A DNA stretch of 30,914 nucleotides. Origin: a virus. Taxonomy: Duplodnaviria > Caudoviricetes. The stretch spans positions 1 to 30,914 of IMG/VR virus record IMGVR_UViG_3300008255_000336; one strand, given 5' to 3'. The notes beneath the pieces are model-generated. The model did no database searches. It saw nothing but the letters and a program-made list of their open reading frames with translations, and was not told the origin of the DNA. Every line of letters starts with the position of its first letter. Position 1 is the stretch's first letter. Below are positions 28,398-30,914 of this stretch, in pieces. Position numbers and translations under genes: made by a program.

Positions 28398-28737
28398 CTA
28401 GATAATTCCAGAACCCAGAACCCTAGAGCTTGACTATCCGAGTCTGGGGGTGATTATTTTCCGAGCATAGGAAGATAAAGCCCTTGACAGTCGTGTCGAG
28501 CCTATGGGTCTGTTTAATGTAGCGCTACTATATTTATGCGTGTGACAATTCCGTCACCCGTCACCCTTTGCGAGTCTCTTGTAACCGGCAAATTATTTAA
28601 CGACGCTCCCGGTGGGCATGACTCACCCCTTATCCCACGTCGCTAGCGAGTGCTAGGCAGAGAGGGCGCTTAATGGTCGATCAGTTCAAAACACTTATAT
28701 AAGCGCAGATCGGTTACTCCTCTCTGCTTAACACTCG
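28398..28737 (-). ncRNA. Multi-stem structured non-coding region
   Basis: Stems 28647-28665/28719-28737, 28666-28672/28700-28706, 28598-28606/28637-28645, 28448-28453/28561-28566 plus internal hairpins; no ORF in track. Confidence 0.55.
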
Positions 28738-28793
28738 GTTAAGTTATCAATTACTGAGCGAGAGAGACAGGCCGTAGCGTCCTACGTCTGCTT

Positions 28794-28883
28794 GTCACCC
28801 TATGGGAATCGAACCCATCTCTGCCGGCTAGAGGTTAATTAGGCCTCCTGCACCGGCCGTCCTGCCGATAGACGAAAGATCAC
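28794..28883 (-). ncRNA. tRNA-like element with expanded anticodon arm
   Basis: D arm GTCT-ATCGGCA-GGAC, stem GCCGG/CCGGC around 25 nt, perfect T arm ATGGG-TTCGATT-CCCAT, imperfect acceptor stem, no CCA. Confidence 0.7.
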
Positions 28884-28915
28884 TCTCTCTTGCTCAATAA
28901 TCGATTTTTAATGTG

Positions 28916-29278
28916 CTACGATCGGAACGCATACCCATTTTGATAGGTAGTCGTGACCGGTCGATCCATGATGCCGGAGTCCTCGAAGGCCTCTTGTAGT
29001 TTGAGGTCTGCTTGTAACTCCTCTGCTCGCTTATCATCTTCGAGCTTTTGTTCTTCTAATTCTGCAATGCGTGGGATTATGTAGGTATCGTGTATGTGAG
29101 TTTTAATAGCCTTTTCCGGGTGGTTTTTCCCCTTACCTGCTATCCACTCCTTACGATTACTAGCGTCTTTTAACTCACTTAGAGTCATTTCTGAGACGCC
29201 TTTTTTGGCGCTGGGAGATCTTTTGGTGCGTAGTAGTTGCCCCGTCTCCTGCCATTTATTAAAACCTGTTTGAGTCAT
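28916..29278 (-). CDS. Hypothetical protein downstream of attenuator-like leader
   Basis: 120 aa; ATG directly follows the T7 tail of the leader hairpin. Confidence 0.6.
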   Translation of the reverse strand: MTQTGFNKWQETGQLLRTKRSPSAKKGVSEMTLSELKDASNRKEWIAGKGKNHPEKAIKTHIHDTYIIPRIAELEEQKLEDDKRAEELQADLKLQEAFEDSGIMDRPVTTTYQNGYAFRS

Positions 29279-29479
29279 AAAAAAACCGCTTTCGGCTTGG
29301 CAAAGGCTAGTAAAACTAGACTTTTGGCAAAGTGAACCTCTGCCAATGCGAAAACGGTTGTCTCCGCTAATTTTACTATACTTATCCCACTTTGGTAACT
29401 ACCGTGTAGGGATGCCGGTTATAAGCCGGACACTTTGCCAATTACAAACACAATAGCATTGAAAACATAAACTTTGCAA
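29279..29479 (-). promoter_or_regulatory. Promoter plus C4/CI-like attenuator leader
   Basis: TTGCAA-18 nt-TATTGT with TG extension; terminator-like stem 29284-29294/29349-29359 plus T7; loop sequences complementary to upstream leader boxes. Confidence 0.7.
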
Positions 29480-29483
29480 GTGG

Positions 29484-29620
29484 AAGTTTTAGAAAGGCGA
29501 GGCGTACTTCTGCGCTAAACCCATAAAAGCGACTGGCTAGGGTTAAGTGCCTCGATAGTAAAGTTAATCACACCCGTTGCTTATGGCCTTTACTACCAGC
29601 TTATGAGGTCGGGAAAACCT
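29484..29620 (-). ncRNA. ~135-nt structured RNA with its own extended -10
   Basis: TGcTATACT at 29627-29635; stems GGTAGTAAAG/CTTTACTATC, CGAGGC/GCCTCG, AACCC/GGGTT. Confidence 0.55.
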
Positions 29621-29634
29621 TAATTAAGTATAGC

Positions 29635-29701
29635 AAATAAAACACCCCCTCGATTTTTTGATTCAGACAAAAGAACACAAAAAAGGGATTGAGGGGGTGC
29701 A
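29635..29701 (-). ncRNA. Hairpin sRNA antisense to several phage ribosome-binding regions
   Basis: TATACT at 29708-29713; GCACCCCCTC/GAGGGGGTGT stem, T-rich tail; internal 13-18 nt complementarity to five leaders. Confidence 0.7.
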
Positions 29702-29823
29702 ACATCAAGTATAGAACACAAGCGACCGATGGTAAATACAAAGATCTAAACCTTTGCTATCGGTCGCCACGTGTAGCTCACAACAAACTCGCTAGAATAG
29801 CCTACGTGGTGCGTTGTGTGCTG

Positions 29824-29902
29824 TGGACATGGTGGGACTCGAACCAACGTCACAAACTCGTCGCATTGAGCGGTTTAAAGTTTGACAGTACCAATCATGC
29901 CC
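29824..29902 (-). ncRNA. Minimal tmRNA-like tRNA-like domain RNA lacking the mRNA-like domain
   Basis: Acceptor GGGCATG/CATGTCC-A with G3:U wobble, unpaired D-loop with GG, helix CAAACTT/GAGTTTG, GAC linker, T loop TTCGAGT. Confidence 0.75.
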
Positions 29903-30047
29903 TAGTTTTTAAAAGCTCGTCACTACTAACCGCAGTATTGCGATACTCAATTCCGTTCTTATGTTTTTTGAGTACCTCTTTTTTTCGACGCTCTATTTCA
30001 TCGTCGCTGAGCTTTTTGTTTGGGAGATCTTTTTTTTGATCGGCCAT
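29895..30047 (-). CDS. 50-aa charged peptide (absent from ORF track) ending inside the tmRNA-like RNA
   Basis: MADQKKDLPNKKLSDDEIERRKKEVLKKHKNGIEYRNTAVSSDELLKTRA; consensus TGcTATAAT lies 9 nt upstream. Confidence 0.6.
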   Translation of the reverse strand: MADQKKDLPNKKLSDDEIERRKKEVLKKHKNGIEYRNTAVSSDELLKTRA

Positions 30048-30067
30048 AGTACGGCCATTATAGCATT

Positions 30068-30382
30068 TTACTTTTTGCGGTTGTTTAGTTTCTTAACTAA
30101 GAAAACAAACGACCAAGCAAGCGCAGTCAAAACAAAGTTTACAAAAACACTTCGTTTATTCGCTAATGGATGCGGACTAATTAAATCAAAGAATCTAAGA
30201 GTGTAATACAGAGCGTTAAATAGTGATGCTAAAAAAATGGCAATAAACATAAAAAGTAAATTGCCTTTTGCTTCGCCATCGATTTTATTCAAATAGCGAA
30301 TCATCATCACGTCGGCCGGTAGGGCGGATAACGCAAAGAGCAAGTTAATCATGTTTAATGCGTTTACCGAGTCGATATCCAT
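30068..30382 (-). CDS. Three-TM membrane protein, possible holin
   Basis: Three hydrophobic segments and basic C-terminal tail. Confidence 0.5.
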   Translation of the reverse strand: MDIDSVNALNMINLLFALSALPADVMMIRYLNKIDGEAKGNLLFMFIAIFLASLFNALYYTLRFFDLISPHPLANKRSVFVNFVLTALAWSFVFLVKKLNNRKK

Positions 30383-30392
30383 AATGTTTATT

Positions 30393-30677
30393 TTAACCTT
30401 TTCTTAGAGTACTTACTACCACGTCTGAGAGATTGCGAGTAGCTTCTGTGTTCTTTTCGATTGTCGATTTCATTTGTTCGACGATCTTAGTATTTTGATT
30501 AAAGGCTACCAAAACTTTCTCGCTCATCGCTTCGGTCTGTTTATCCTTAGATTCGATCTTAGCTTCTTTTTCAGCCATCTTAGACTTGTGGTACTCCCAC
30601 ACCTTATTAAGTAGGTATAAAAAGACTGCTGAGAATCCGAGAGATGGCAGGAATGTTTTAAGTAGTTCAGCTTCCAT
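30393..30677 (-). CDS. BhlA/UviB-like holin-type protein (start reassigned to ATG 30677)
   Basis: Single N-terminal TM (LGFSAVFLYLL) then coiled coil; TATACT lies 6 nt before ATG 30677. Confidence 0.55.
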   Translation of the reverse strand: MEAELLKTFLPSLGFSAVFLYLLNKVWEYHKSKMAEKEAKIESKDKQTEAMSEKVLVAFNQNTKIVEQMKSTIEKNTEATRNLSDVVVSTLRKG

Positions 30678-30716
30678 ACTAAGAGTATAAAGCATATATC
30701 AGGCGATAAAAAGTGT

Positions 30717-30781
30717 TTCGGGTTTATTATTGCTATATCTTCGGGTTTATTAGTCTGGTTATTTGGTGTTGTTTCGGGTTT
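30717..30781. repeat. Three direct copies of TTCGGGTTT
   Basis: At 30717, 30740 and 30773. Confidence 0.7.
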
Positions 30782-30914
30782 TTATACCACTCCCCTACCC
30801 TACCGGGGGAGAGGTAAAACCCCTCTCTCACTCGGGTAAAAGTAGGGGCATAGGGGCGGAGTAGGGGAGAGGTGATACTAAAACAATACTACTGCAATAA
30901 TAATGCAATAATAA

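Noticed and set aside
28823-28857. Archaeal bulge-helix-bulge intron or amber suppressor anticodon in the tRNA mimic
   Set aside because: The junction is a 5x3 internal loop rather than BHB, and no canonical 7-nt loop with U33 can be built.
29391-29441. GATGCCGGTTATAAGCCGGA resembles the twister ribozyme P4 region
   Set aside because: The cleavage-site loop and pseudoknot partner could not be placed in the required order.
29775-29792. 11-nt matches of a hairpin loop to positions near 13560 and 22944
   Set aside because: Short, inside coding regions, and compatible with chance.
29770-29823. HDV-like (theta) ribozyme after the tmRNA-like RNA
   Set aside because: No room for the P1/P3 return strands.
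29824-29860. attP/attL remnant of a host tmRNA or tRNA 3' end
   Set aside because: Both acceptor strands are present and complementary, and no integrase is in the window. Not fully excluded.
290-30206. Plus-strand ORFs and nested alternate-frame minus ORFs in the track (e.g. 290-520, 5862-6245, 29689-30039)
   Set aside because: They shadow well-supported minus-strand genes or RNAs and show no recognisable motifs or start signals.
28272-30914. CRISPR mini-array or diversity-generating retroelement repeats
   Set aside because: No regularly spaced 25-40 nt repeats, no TR/VR pair and no reverse transcriptase seen.

Overview
Most of the genome of a siphovirus-type tailed phage or prophage, with every credible gene on the minus strand. 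Read in transcription direction (30.9 kb down to 1): two holin-like membrane genes; a ~1.7 kb island (28.3-30.05 kb) made mostly of promoters and structured non-coding RNAs; an early region (3D-domain wall enzyme, RecT, a PD-(D/E)XK nuclease fused to an FtsK-type motor, DUF1064 nuclease, C5 DNA methyltransferase, many small ORFs); TerS, GpA-type TerL, HK97 portal/protease/capsid, head-tail joining genes, tail tube, tail chaperone with -1 frameshift, tape measure, Dit/Tal-like and fibre genes. I recognise no integrase, CI-type repressor or replication initiator/helicase in the window. The host is plausibly a Patescibacteria (CPR) lineage, which is inference only. The RNA island is the most striking part. 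It holds a 79-nt tmRNA-like tRNA-like domain with no mRNA part, a ~65-nt hairpin sRNA complementary to the ribosome-binding regions of at least five of the phage's own genes, a C4/CI-like attenuator, a tRNA mimic with an expanded anticodon arm inside a 22-bp stem, and several hundred more nt of multi-stem structure. All calls come from reading motifs and pairings by eye; no searches or folding programs were run.
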